Below, piece after piece: positions 15,792 to 24,506 of a DNA stretch of 64,000 nucleotides. Position numbers and translations under genes: made by a program. Below the pieces are notes generated by a model. That model had not been told where the DNA came from. It did not search any database and saw only the letters and a program-made list of their open reading frames with translations. Positions within the stretch are counted from its first letter, which is position 1. Each line of letters starts with the position of its first letter. Source of the DNA: Shigella phage ESh22; sequence record ON528732. The stretch is one strand, 5' to 3'.

Positions 15792-16864
15792 TAAGGAACC
15801 TCTAAAAATCCTGAAGATAAATCATCTACAACTGTGTTAAGCAAGTAAGCACCATTTTGCTGTTCTTGGTTAGCATTTTGCTCTTTGTCGATTTCCATCT
15901 TCTTAATCATGTAAGCAAGTGGAGCTTCTTTAGGAGCTACGAAATCTCTTGGGATTCCAAACATATCATACAGCGGTGCAGCATTATAGTAAACCCATTC
16001 GTGAAGAAGTTTTGTGTTTAAACCTACAACTGCTCGACCTTCAGAGAAGATATAGTAAGACCACTTCTCTTCACATTCAACAACTTCGTCCAGAATAACT
16101 TTAATCTCTGGCATAATCTGTCTGAATGCTTCCTGCCAGTTCTCATCCTTCAGAGTTTCTTTCAACACTTCGATATCAATTTTGGTGTGAATAATTTCAT
16201 CAAGCATAATCTTTTGAACAGCTTGTGCAATACCTTGGAACTTATCTTGTGCATCCAGTGCAAAAGTACATGCAAAAGATGCCATGAAGGAAATGCCTTC
16301 CAAAGCAGTCACTGCAAAGAGAGCCTTTAAGATTGCCTTATGGAAATGTAAAGGGTCTTTATCTGTCAGTTCCTGACGAACGTAACTTAAACGATAGTTG
16401 ATACCTTCGTCAAGTAGTTCTTGTAAAGTTCTGTTCACTGTCTTCAGACGGTCTTGAACAGCAACGTTATTGTTAATCTCATCAAGGATTGTTTCAGGAT
16501 TCTTGATACACTGACGAACAATCTCAGAATAAGTTAAAGCATGAAGGTTCTCAATTTCAGATTGCTTCATGATTGCAGTTGCATAAATGTCATCAGAGAT
16601 AAACGGTGCAAAAGCGAATGCTAAACTCTTGGCAACTTGGGTATCTGCTTCCCATTGCCATTTAAGAATTTCAAGCATAACCCCAGACATTGACTGAGGG
16701 ACACTCTCAAAGTCTAAGCGTGATTGCTCAAATGGAAATTCCTCTTCAGACCAGTCTTGAGCTTTCTGCTGCTTATACAGTTCAAAGATTTTTGGATAGT
16801 ATTTATTAAGTGAATCAAAAGTCTTACGTTCTTCACCTAAGAAGATTGGATGTGAATTAATCAT
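15791..16864 (-). CDS. nrdB: ribonucleotide reductase class Ia small subunit
   Basis: 357 aa; ferritin-like di-iron region with spaced Glu/His residues; immediately downstream of nrdA. Confidence 0.8.
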   Translation of the reverse strand: MINSHPIFLGEERKTFDSLNKYYPKIFELYKQQKAQDWSEEEFPFEQSRLDFESVPQSMSGVMLEILKWQWEADTQVAKSLAFAFAPFISDDIYATAIMKQSEIENLHALTYSEIVRQCIKNPETILDEINNNVAVQDRLKTVNRTLQELLDEGINYRLSYVRQELTDKDPLHFHKAILKALFAVTALEGISFMASFACTFALDAQDKFQGIAQAVQKIMLDEIIHTKIDIEVLKETLKDENWQEAFRQIMPEIKVILDEVVECEEKWSYYIFSEGRAVVGLNTKLLHEWVYYNAAPLYDMFGIPRDFVAPKEAPLAYMIKKMEIDKEQNANQEQQNGAYLLNTVVDDLSSGFLEVP

Positions 16865-17136
16865 TCTGGTAATTTTCCTGTTCTGAACATATCTCTCGCA
16901 GCTTGTCTTGTAAGGACTAGCCAGTTTTCCATATTAAATAACTCAGGTGCTCTAACATATTCTTTGCCGCCATTAAAGCAGTCAATATATCTCACACATT
17001 TCTTCCAAGAATCATCATCCTGCTTTACCATTACCTCTGTACTGGCAACATAGTAAAGTGTATTTCTTGGCTTATACATCAGATAAACAGATTTGCCTTC
17101 TGCTTTATTTCTTGCGGATTCTATTAAGTCTATCAT
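16861..17136 (-). CDS. hypothetical protein between nrdA and nrdB (about 92 aa)
   Basis: ORF 16861..17247 trimmed to the ATG at 17136 (MIDLIES) with GGAGAG RBS; upstream part overlaps nrdA. Confidence 0.45.
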   Translation of the reverse strand: MIDLIESARNKAEGKSVYLMYKPRNTLYYVASTEVMVKQDDDSWKKCVRYIDCFNGGKEYVRAPELFNMENWLVLTRQAARDMFRTGKLPE

Positions 17137-17191
17137 AGACTCTCCAAAGTTAATTTTAGAGGGTCTTTTACGACCCTCATAGTTATTGAAA

Positions 17192-19426
17192 CTAAACACC
17201 ACAACCTTCACAGTAAGTATCTTGTAGTGCTGACTTACCAACACCAATACGACTGTTAAGGTAATACATGGTTTTCATACCAACTGAGTTAGCATAAATC
17301 ATGTACTTCAGAGCTTGCTCTAATGATACCTTCTTAGACTTCGAGTAGTCAACATAGAAATCTGAAGAGATAGCTTGACCAGTGAATTTTTGAACAATTG
17401 CATAGCAATCAATCATATCAAATGTGTCAATATCCCAAGCAATTTCATAGACATACTTCAACTCTTCGTAGTCTGGTACGATAAACAGTACGTTACCAGT
17501 TGCAGACTTTTTAGTTAAAATAAAGTCACGGATTGGGTACAAGCCATTTGTCGTATTAGTTGCTAGTGAAGAACTCTCGTTAGGCATGTAAGCTTCTAAT
17601 ACAGAGTTTCGGATTCCACCATTTTCTTTGATACGTTGTGCTAAGTCATCCCAATCATATCTTAGTTTTGCATCATGTTTTTCATCAATCTTCTTGTTAG
17701 CTGTCTTAGTTGGAACCCAACCATCAGGGTACTTAGTAAACTTCATGTACTCAGGTACACCACGCTCTTTAGACAGTCTCAGTGAAGCCTCATGCAGATA
17801 GAATGAGTGCATCTCTGCAAGTTCATGTAGCTTCGTTTTACCAGCCCTTGAAGAGTAGTTCACGTAGTTCTTTGCAAGGTAATGAGCCACATTTGTAAGG
17901 CCAATCCCAACAGAGCGACGTTTCTGTACATGGTTACACATCGACGGATACGGGTAATCCATAAGGTCAATAACGGAGTCAACCATTGCAAGAGCATAAT
18001 AAGCAACGTCAGCGTATTCATCTTCTGAAATTCTCCCTGCAACCAAACTAGCTAGGAAGCAAAGAGCTACTTCACCATCTTCTTTAGCAGCATTGTAGCT
18101 GTAAAGGTCTGTCTCTTTCTCAAATCCATAAACTGGCAATATAATTTCCATGCACAGGTTAGACATTTTCAAAGGTTCTTTGAACGGCGTATGTGTGTTT
18201 GCGTTGTTCGTAAAGAACGGATAAACACGACCAGTTGCATAACGTTGCTGGATAAACAACTTAGCAATCTCACGAGCTTTTACTCGTTTATGTTTAACAC
18301 CAGTGTGAACCGCATGTCCAACAGCCATTGCAAACTCATCTGCACTTGCTGTATAGAACATATCATACAATTTTGGAGCGTCCTTGTAAGAGAACAGTAG
18401 CCAATCTGTATCGTACTGCACACATTGCCAGAAGTAATCGTTTGTTCCAAATGAGTAATCCATCTCATTAATACGCTTTGAAGTAACCGTTGTAGGGTGC
18501 TTCAGACGAAGTAAATCTTCAATCTGAGGGTCAAGAGCAGTGTAGAAGTTGTTCGCTGAACCACCTCGACTCTTTTGTTTATTAGCCTCTACAGCAGCAC
18601 GTACAAGCTTATAATAAGGGAGTTTCCCCATATGCTCAATGGTATTCTGACGAATCCCGTCACCAATCGTTCTGGTCTCCATAAGCATACCAATACCAGC
18701 TTGCTTTGTAGTCATATCATAAGCTACCTTTGTAGCAATACCAAGTGATTCAGCGGTATCGTTAGCTTTAATCAAGCAGCATGAAGCATAACCTGACTTA
18801 GTAGCTCTCAAACCATTCAGGTAAGGAGTTGGAGCATTAATTTTCAAGTCTGACAGATAAGTATACAGCTTGATAACATCCTCTAAGCGACGGTGCTTAG
18901 GCTGTCTCTCAAAGGCTTTCATAGCCATTCCCATAAACATAAACTGAGGTGACTCAAAGAGTTGTCCAGTTTTAATGTCACGGATTCCGTACTTGTCACG
19001 GAACTGTTTCAGTACTGCATAACCATATGAGATATCTTTTGAGTGAACGATGAAGCCTTGAAGGTATTCTAACTCTTCTCGTGAGTAATCCATCTTCTCC
19101 CATAAACCTGACTCTTCCATATTCTTAACAAATACGTAAAGATTTGGAACTTTAGTGAATCCACCAAAAGCTTCTTTATAGATAATACCTAACAGAAGTC
19201 GTCCAGCCATGTCAGAGTATTCTTGACTTTGCTTATCAATACAAACGTCAATCATAGCTTGGTGCATCTCTTTAGTGGTGCAACCTTCATAGACACGTTT
19301 CATAGCTTCCATTGTAACTTCTGACCAGATAATACCTCGTTTGTCAGCCCATGAAGCCCACTTATTCAAACGTTCAGGCTCGAATGTTACAACGTTTCCG
19401 TTAGATTTGCGAATAGTTTTAATCAT
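17192..19426 (-). CDS. nrdA: ribonucleotide reductase class Ia large subunit
   Basis: 744 aa; N-terminal ATP-cone-like segment (MIKTIRKSNGNVVTFEPERL), C-terminal Cys pair '...CEGCGV'. Confidence 0.85.
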   Translation of the reverse strand: MIKTIRKSNGNVVTFEPERLNKWASWADKRGIIWSEVTMEAMKRVYEGCTTKEMHQAMIDVCIDKQSQEYSDMAGRLLLGIIYKEAFGGFTKVPNLYVFVKNMEESGLWEKMDYSREELEYLQGFIVHSKDISYGYAVLKQFRDKYGIRDIKTGQLFESPQFMFMGMAMKAFERQPKHRRLEDVIKLYTYLSDLKINAPTPYLNGLRATKSGYASCCLIKANDTAESLGIATKVAYDMTTKQAGIGMLMETRTIGDGIRQNTIEHMGKLPYYKLVRAAVEANKQKSRGGSANNFYTALDPQIEDLLRLKHPTTVTSKRINEMDYSFGTNDYFWQCVQYDTDWLLFSYKDAPKLYDMFYTASADEFAMAVGHAVHTGVKHKRVKAREIAKLFIQQRYATGRVYPFFTNNANTHTPFKEPLKMSNLCMEIILPVYGFEKETDLYSYNAAKEDGEVALCFLASLVAGRISEDEYADVAYYALAMVDSVIDLMDYPYPSMCNHVQKRRSVGIGLTNVAHYLAKNYVNYSSRAGKTKLHELAEMHSFYLHEASLRLSKERGVPEYMKFTKYPDGWVPTKTANKKIDEKHDAKLRYDWDDLAQRIKENGGIRNSVLEAYMPNESSSLATNTTNGLYPIRDFILTKKSATGNVLFIVPDYEELKYVYEIAWDIDTFDMIDCYAIVQKFTGQAISSDFYVDYSKSKKVSLEQALKYMIYANSVGMKTMYYLNSRIGVGKSALQDTYCEGCGV

Positions 19427-19444
19427 TATTTGAATCCTACAGGT

Positions 19445-19470
19445 GAAAAGGGTCTCCGAAGAGACCCCTT
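19445..19470 (-). terminator. terminator-like hairpin (GGGGUCUC-UUCG-GAGACCC + U4) before the nrdA RBS
   Basis: GC-rich hairpin with short U-tract on minus strand, about 18 nt upstream of the nrdA ATG. Confidence 0.45.
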
Positions 19471-19475
19471 AGAGA

Positions 19476-19811
19476 TTAAATGCTAAAAATCTTTTGATTA
19501 TCCCAGAGTTCGTAGAATCTTTGAGATACTTTGGTAATTGAGCCTTTAGACATTGCATTGCAATACCAGCTACCATATTGGTCACTGAAGATTCTTTCAA
19601 GTTTTTCATGGATATTGTCATCAATCCTTGCAATTGAAAAGTTACCACGAACTTTAGAAACAACACGACCAAACTTAATATCACTACGACCTTTGCAATC
19701 TTCTGTATACATTACAAAGTCACCGAAGTGGAGTGGTTCTCCATATTTGTCAACACCTAGTTCTACACCAGATTTAACATCTTCAATAGTCAACTTTTTA
19801 GCTTTAGACAT
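19476..19811 (-). CDS. hypothetical protein (111 aa)
   Basis: ORF track. Confidence 0.45.
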   Translation of the reverse strand: MSKAKKLTIEDVKSGVELGVDKYGEPLHFGDFVMYTEDCKGRSDIKFGRVVSKVRGNFSIARIDDNIHEKLERIFSDQYGSWYCNAMSKGSITKVSQRFYELWDNQKIFSI

Positions 19812-20127
19812 GGTATCTATCCAGATTTCGTTTTAAATAAGTCCACTGCTCATCTGTGCGTTCTACACCAATAAACAGAGGAGCTACAACTACTTGACCA
19901 TAAGTATTTCTGTGCTGACAAATCTCATAAGAGAACTTTTTATCAATGTTAAAGCCATATTTGTACAGGACAGCTTTAAGAACTTGTTCGTTATCCAGAA
20001 GTGTATCTGGAGTTTCACCATATTTCGCTAACAGTGAATCATTCATGAATACTGTCATAGAAATATTATAGTTTGAGAAATGGCTCTCCTGAGCCACCTC
20101 TGCTTTATTAGTGTTCTGTGAATCCAT
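19804..20127 (-). CDS. hypothetical protein (107 aa)
   Basis: ORF track. Confidence 0.45.
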   Translation of the reverse strand: MDSQNTNKAEVAQESHFSNYNISMTVFMNDSLLAKYGETPDTLLDNEQVLKAVLYKYGFNIDKKFSYEICQHRNTYGQVVVAPLFIGVERTDEQWTYLKRNLDRYHV

Positions 20128-20863
20128 TATAACCTACCCCTTTTAACCAATTCTTCAGGTTATTTGCATCATAGTTCAACTTCGGGTATGAGGTCGTATG
20201 GAACTTCTCACCATCGTAGTAAACGATATCTGCAACCCACAAGTCATTATCTCTACAGAAATCTCTATCAGCTTTAGAACTGATTGGAGTAATTTCTGTG
20301 AAGTTATCTACACCAAGGCTTCTCAGACTTCCTAGTAAGCCCTGACAGATAACACATGTGTCAGATACTACCACGAATAACTCTTTAGATTCAACCTCTG
20401 CGATAAACTCTGCAAGCTGAACTTTTGGGAGATTAGACTGCTTCATAATCTTACCATCTGATTTACGTACTACTGCAAACCACTCTTTACCTTCAACCAT
20501 TGACGGGCGTAGATAGCATTCATCACCAGTACGTTTCTCAATGTCAAACATACGTTGTACAGCTTCTTGATAGTTATCTGTATATTTCAGGTTGTTATTC
20601 TGGCAAACAGCTTCCATAGCACCATCGTGGTCATGCTGTGACAAGAATACCAAACCATCTAAAACATACTGCAAATCAGCCTGAGCATCAAGGGTTTCAA
20701 CAGGGTCTTTTGCTTCAACTGCTGACACTAACTCTTTAGCTTCTTCCAACATACAAAGAGATTGACTCTTCAGTGATTCCCAATATTCAGGGCTGTATAG
20801 AACCTTTGGAGTATTACCACAACGAAGATTCCAATTTACTACGGATTCTCTGGAATTAAACAT
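20108..20863 (-). CDS. two-domain protein: MazG-like NTP pyrophosphohydrolase segment + thioredoxin-like CxxC segment (tentative)
   Basis: 251 aa; N-terminal 'LEEAKELVSAVEAKD...ETLDAQADLQYVLDG' resembles the MazG acidic helix pattern; C-terminal 'VVVSDTCVICQGLLGSL' has a CxxC in a thioredoxin-like context. Confidence 0.35.
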   Translation of the reverse strand: MFNSRESVVNWNLRCGNTPKVLYSPEYWESLKSQSLCMLEEAKELVSAVEAKDPVETLDAQADLQYVLDGLVFLSQHDHDGAMEAVCQNNNLKYTDNYQEAVQRMFDIEKRTGDECYLRPSMVEGKEWFAVVRKSDGKIMKQSNLPKVQLAEFIAEVESKELFVVVSDTCVICQGLLGSLRSLGVDNFTEITPISSKADRDFCRDNDLWVADIVYYDGEKFHTTSYPKLNYDANNLKNWLKGVGYNGFTEH

Positions 20864-21072
20864 TAAACCTCCTGAAACAATTCCTGTTTAGACAAAATAT
20901 AATCCAGACGGGCTTTCAGTTCAACACGTTTGTTAATCAGGTGCTGAATTTGAGACTCCAGAGCATCCATCTCTGTTTCAGTGGCTTCTTTAGCCTTTGC
21001 AATAACCGTCTTCAGATTATCCAAGCCAGCTTCGATTTTAGCTTGATGGTCGTGCTTGATAGATTTAAACAT
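20863..21072 (-). CDS. small coiled-coil protein (69 aa)
   Basis: ORF track; heptad-like charged sequence. Confidence 0.4.
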   Translation of the reverse strand: MFKSIKHDHQAKIEAGLDNLKTVIAKAKEATETEMDALESQIQHLINKRVELKARLDYILSKQELFQEV

Positions 21073-21577
21073 GATTTTCTCTCTCGTTAAGCTTCATGAT
21101 TTTGTTAATACGTTTCTCAGCTTCTTCATAAGTTTCTTTTGTAAGGAACTTGATAGCTGCAATATTGGCATTGTAGAAGAGTCTGAGTTTCGAGTCAATC
21201 CTTTTTGTCATAACATCGAACTTATGTTGGAGATTTGCTTCTCCGTAGACTAATCCACCTCGTGTATAATAGGTTTGCACAATGTAGAAGTCAAACTCTT
21301 TCATACCAAAAGCTTCAATATCTTTCTTAATGTACTCAGAAGAAGTCTGGTAAACCATCCAGTCACTCTCTTTGGTGACAACCTTACGTCTGGTCTTTCC
21401 AGCAACCTTCTTCTTAGTGATACTATTGAACTGTTTTTTACCCAAATAGTACTGACCAGTCTTTTTGCAGTAGACTAGATAAACGAAGCCAAAGTACTTT
21501 GCAGGGTCAATTTCACCACATAATGATACCCAATGTCCGTAAGTAGGGCAATTACCAAAACCTTTAATCTTTATCAT
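21065..21577 (-). CDS. GIY-YIG-like homing endonuclease (tentative)
   Basis: 170 aa; 'GFVYLVYCKKTGQYYLGKK' fits the GIY-(10-11)-YIG spacing; adjacent to an HNH endonuclease. Confidence 0.4.
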   Translation of the reverse strand: MIKIKGFGNCPTYGHWVSLCGEIDPAKYFGFVYLVYCKKTGQYYLGKKQFNSITKKKVAGKTRRKVVTKESDWMVYQTSSEYIKKDIEAFGMKEFDFYIVQTYYTRGGLVYGEANLQHKFDVMTKRIDSKLRLFYNANIAAIKFLTKETYEEAEKRINKIMKLNERENHV

Positions 21578-22110
21578 TCATAAGTTTCTCCGTGATTTGC
21601 AAACTCTCTATGGAGTTCTTCTCTTTTCTTTCTAACAACATTTTCAGCCTCAGCTACAGAATCAAACAGTCCGAGGTGATAGCAAACTTTATTATGTTTA
21701 ACCTGCGCAACCCATCTGCATCTTTGCTTGTGGTAATAGACACCCTTCACACCAGACTTGTTGTCTTTCCTCTTAGTTGCGTTGCAGTTATTATCTGACC
21801 TGCTGCACTCTCTTAAATTGTCGAACCAGTTTTCGTGCCTAATACCGTTCTTATGGTCAACTAATTTAGGTAGGTAACCTTTTATGTATAAAAATGCTAA
21901 CCTGTGTGCTGCGTACCTTTTACCAAAAAGTTTTATATAAACATAGCCGCTATGGTGTTTAACTCCAGCTACAGAGCCAGCTTTAGCCTTACCAGTTCTA
22001 TCTACTAACCAAGTAAAGACCCCTGTTTCGGGGTCATAGTGTAGGTATTCTTTAAGAATCTGCTGAGTTAACATTTGGTGTCCACCCATACTTATCAAAA
22101 GTGAAATCAT
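21574..22110 (-). CDS. HNH homing endonuclease with AP2-type DNA-binding domain
   Basis: 178 aa; 'VDHKNGIRHENWFDNLR' HNH motif; 'GVKGVYYHKQRCRWVAQV...GLFDSVAEAE' AP2-like domain; ORF start overlaps the 3' end of the exonuclease gene, so the true start may be an internal ATG. Confidence 0.7.
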   Translation of the reverse strand: MISLLISMGGHQMLTQQILKEYLHYDPETGVFTWLVDRTGKAKAGSVAGVKHHSGYVYIKLFGKRYAAHRLAFLYIKGYLPKLVDHKNGIRHENWFDNLRECSRSDNNCNATKRKDNKSGVKGVYYHKQRCRWVAQVKHNKVCYHLGLFDSVAEAENVVRKKREELHREFANHGETYE

Positions 22111-23098
22111 CTTTCTTGTTTCTTTCCTGATAGGCTAAGAAGAAGTGTTGCTGCATTAACTCTAAAGGTGTTCTGGTAATTGTCTGGCCATCCCATGAAA
22201 CATAAGTATAAGAGTCTTTCTTAGCGTAGAGTTCGTAAATTGCATCAAGACATTCTTTATAAGTGGTTTTACCTTCAAGAGCTTTCATTACTGCAACTTT
22301 ACCAGCACCTTTTAAACCAAAGTAGTTATCTGCATTATCACCAGCGACAGCTTGGTAGCAGAGGAATTTAAATCCCACTCCGACCGCCTTCTTAGCTTTT
22401 GGTGTAGATTTTATTGGACAATCCCAAATCTCACCAACGTTATTATCAGCAATAAAAATCAATGGGTTTTTCTCATAAGTCATATCAATGCAATAAGTAC
22501 CTTCAGCTTGACGAAGGTCTTTGTCAATACTCATGAGGGCAGCTTTTTTACCCATCTTCTCAGCTTTCGCAATAACGATAGAGTCAGCTTCAAATCCATC
22601 AAGAATCAGCTTAAACTCAGGTCGTGACAGAAGATACTCACGACAAGCAACTAGGTGCGTAGGTGTCACCGCTTCTTTTCTGTTACCTTGATATTGGTGT
22701 TCAAGACCTTTGATATCCTTGTGTTTGTGAACACCTTTCTCAGTAAGGTAACCCATCCATTTTCGCTCTTTACCAACGACTTTCAACCACTCCTGAAGAA
22801 CCTGCTGAGTCGCCATAATAGCTTCTTTTTCACTCTTGGCTTCCTTCCAAGTCTGTCTTTCCCATTCATCTTCATCAAAGTCAAGTCCAAGTTCCTCTGT
22901 AAGAACTCTCTGGTCAGCTAACCATTGTGAAGATAACTTAGCACTATCAAAGTCATCAGACTCTTCAGCGGTAAGTTTATTCACATACTTGTACTTTGCT
23001 TTTTCAACTACACAAGCACCCTTGTAAGCAATGCTGTCTGCGTCAATGAAGACGTGTGTAACGCTTTCTGGGAGCTTTGTAAGTGTATACTGATTCAT
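22052..23098 (-). CDS. 5'-3' exonuclease / flap endonuclease (FEN/RNase H-like)
   Basis: 348 aa; N-terminal 'VFIDADSIAYKGA' acidic motif typical of FEN family; in the replication block. Confidence 0.5.
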   Translation of the reverse strand: MNQYTLTKLPESVTHVFIDADSIAYKGACVVEKAKYKYVNKLTAEESDDFDSAKLSSQWLADQRVLTEELGLDFDEDEWERQTWKEAKSEKEAIMATQQVLQEWLKVVGKERKWMGYLTEKGVHKHKDIKGLEHQYQGNRKEAVTPTHLVACREYLLSRPEFKLILDGFEADSIVIAKAEKMGKKAALMSIDKDLRQAEGTYCIDMTYEKNPLIFIADNNVGEIWDCPIKSTPKAKKAVGVGFKFLCYQAVAGDNADNYFGLKGAGKVAVMKALEGKTTYKECLDAIYELYAKKDSYTYVSWDGQTITRTPLELMQQHFFLAYQERNKKDDFTFDKYGWTPNVNSADS

Positions 23099-23111
23099 TG
23101 TACCTCCATAC

Positions 23112-23143
23112 GAAAAAGCCCTATACGTTCTGTACAGGGCTTT
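23112..23143 (-). terminator. intrinsic terminator (AGCCCU-loop-AGGGCU + U5)
   Basis: Hairpin + U-tract on minus strand between the SSB-like gene and the exonuclease gene. Confidence 0.5.
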
Positions 23144-23160
23144 GTAGTAACTACTGAGAA

Positions 23161-24006
23161 TTAATCTTCAGTATCGAAATCATCATCATCATCCGGTGTT
23201 GGTAGGTCGTCATCGTCATCACCACCTTTATCATCATCAGAATCTTTTGCATCTTCTTCAGAGATTTCACCGTTGTCTTCAACACCTGCGAGACCAAGCA
23301 GTGCCAGTTCGTCTTCATCAAGTTCAGTCTCGGTTGCACCACCAGTACCACCAGTGTATGGAACCAGAGTATCAATGATAAACTGCTCCTGAATTGGCTT
23401 AGTCAGAACGTTACCTTCGAAGGTGTAGAAGTGAGTCGAAAGAATCACACTACCAAAAGAACCATTACCGACTGCAATATCTGGACAGACAACATCGTAA
23501 GTCTTGTCATCGTCATGCTTGTCAGATTTTGCTGCCTTAATTTTCTTCATAGGTTGCTTAACCGCAACACGTTTACCGTTCAGTTCTTCAACCAGCATCA
23601 CAGGAAAACTCTGTTTTGCTGACCATACAGCACCATCTTTGTAAGCTGCTGAACGGCTAACCTTCAGGATGTAATAAGTGTCAGCTTCGAATGGAGGCTC
23701 ACAACCAAACTTCTCTTCAAAGTCATCTGCATCAACAGTCTCTGTAGTGACCTTATCCCAACCATCTGGATTTTTTTTAGACTTGGTGAACTCTTTAAAG
23801 AGCTTGTTACCGTCTTTTGCCAGAATTGAAACGCTGTAATTACAGTCTTTGCCTGGGAAATGTTTGTCTACAGACTTGCCCTTCTGAGGGCGTGGAATAG
23901 TATTCAGGTAGTAGAACCAAACATCTTTCAGCAGGTAACGATAAGTTTCAAGTTCTTTACCGTTGTATTTTTCTACCGGAGATTTCATTTTAACAACTTT
24001 AGACAT
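23161..24006 (-). CDS. candidate single-stranded DNA-binding protein with poly-acidic C-terminal tail
   Basis: 281 aa; C-terminus '...DDDKGGDDDDDLPTPDDDDDFDTED' resembles the acidic tails of T7 gp2.5/T4 gp32-type SSBs; in the replication block. Confidence 0.35.
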   Translation of the reverse strand: MSKVVKMKSPVEKYNGKELETYRYLLKDVWFYYLNTIPRPQKGKSVDKHFPGKDCNYSVSILAKDGNKLFKEFTKSKKNPDGWDKVTTETVDADDFEEKFGCEPPFEADTYYILKVSRSAAYKDGAVWSAKQSFPVMLVEELNGKRVAVKQPMKKIKAAKSDKHDDDKTYDVVCPDIAVGNGSFGSVILSTHFYTFEGNVLTKPIQEQFIIDTLVPYTGGTGGATETELDEDELALLGLAGVEDNGEISEEDAKDSDDDKGGDDDDDLPTPDDDDDFDTED

Positions 24007-24095
24007 TTTAATACCTCTTTCTCAAATTAACTATCAATTCAAATCTTATTGGGAGTACAATCTTACATGCTTCATACCCCCATGTCAAACATTTT

Positions 24096-24233
24096 AAGCA
24101 GCTTTCTTGGCAGCTTTACGAGCAGTCTTACCAGTGCGAACTCGCTTCGTTTCGTAATGTTCAGCAGACTTACCAGCAGTTGCTTTCAGGGAATCACCAA
24201 ATACTGCTTCAAATGCTTTAGAGTGTTTCATTT
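24096..24233 (-). CDS. small basic protein (45 aa)
   Basis: Hand-translated MKHSKAFEAVFGDSLKATAGKSAEHYETKRVRTGKTARKAAKKAA; its ATG overlaps the stop of the upstream ORF (ATGA). Confidence 0.3.
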
Positions 24234-24506
24234 TGTGCTCCGATATATTTCATATTCAAATGTTTTTAAAGTCAAGGTAAAAAGATAAATTGTTTCAGCT
24301 TTGTCAATTGACAGTGCAAACAAGTCTTTATCTTCACGGCTTTCATGTTCATAAGTAACATCATGCCCCTTGTTGATTAGTACTTTAGCGAACTCTTCAA
24401 TCTTAGTCAAGCAATCTTTTGCAAATTTTTTAGTGCTATTTTCTGAATAGAAGGGCGTGATGCCCTCCTTCAGATAACTATCAGTCAGTTTCAAACGGGC
24501 AGTCAT
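24228..24506 (-). CDS. hypothetical protein (about 92 aa)
   Basis: Downstream part of ORF-track 24228..24773; only the segment after the primase-helicase stop (24481) is likely coding; candidate ATGs at 24506/24509/24515. Confidence 0.35.
   Translation of the reverse strand: MTARLKLTDSYLKEGITPFYSENSTKKFAKDCLTKIEEFAKVLINKGHDVTYEHESREDKDLFALSIDKAETIYLFTLTLKTFEYEIYRSTK

Noticed and set aside
23161-23230. GAT/GAC-rich simple repeat at the 3' end of the SSB-like gene as a repeat feature
   Set aside because: It is the coding sequence of the poly-Asp tail, not an independent DNA repeat element.
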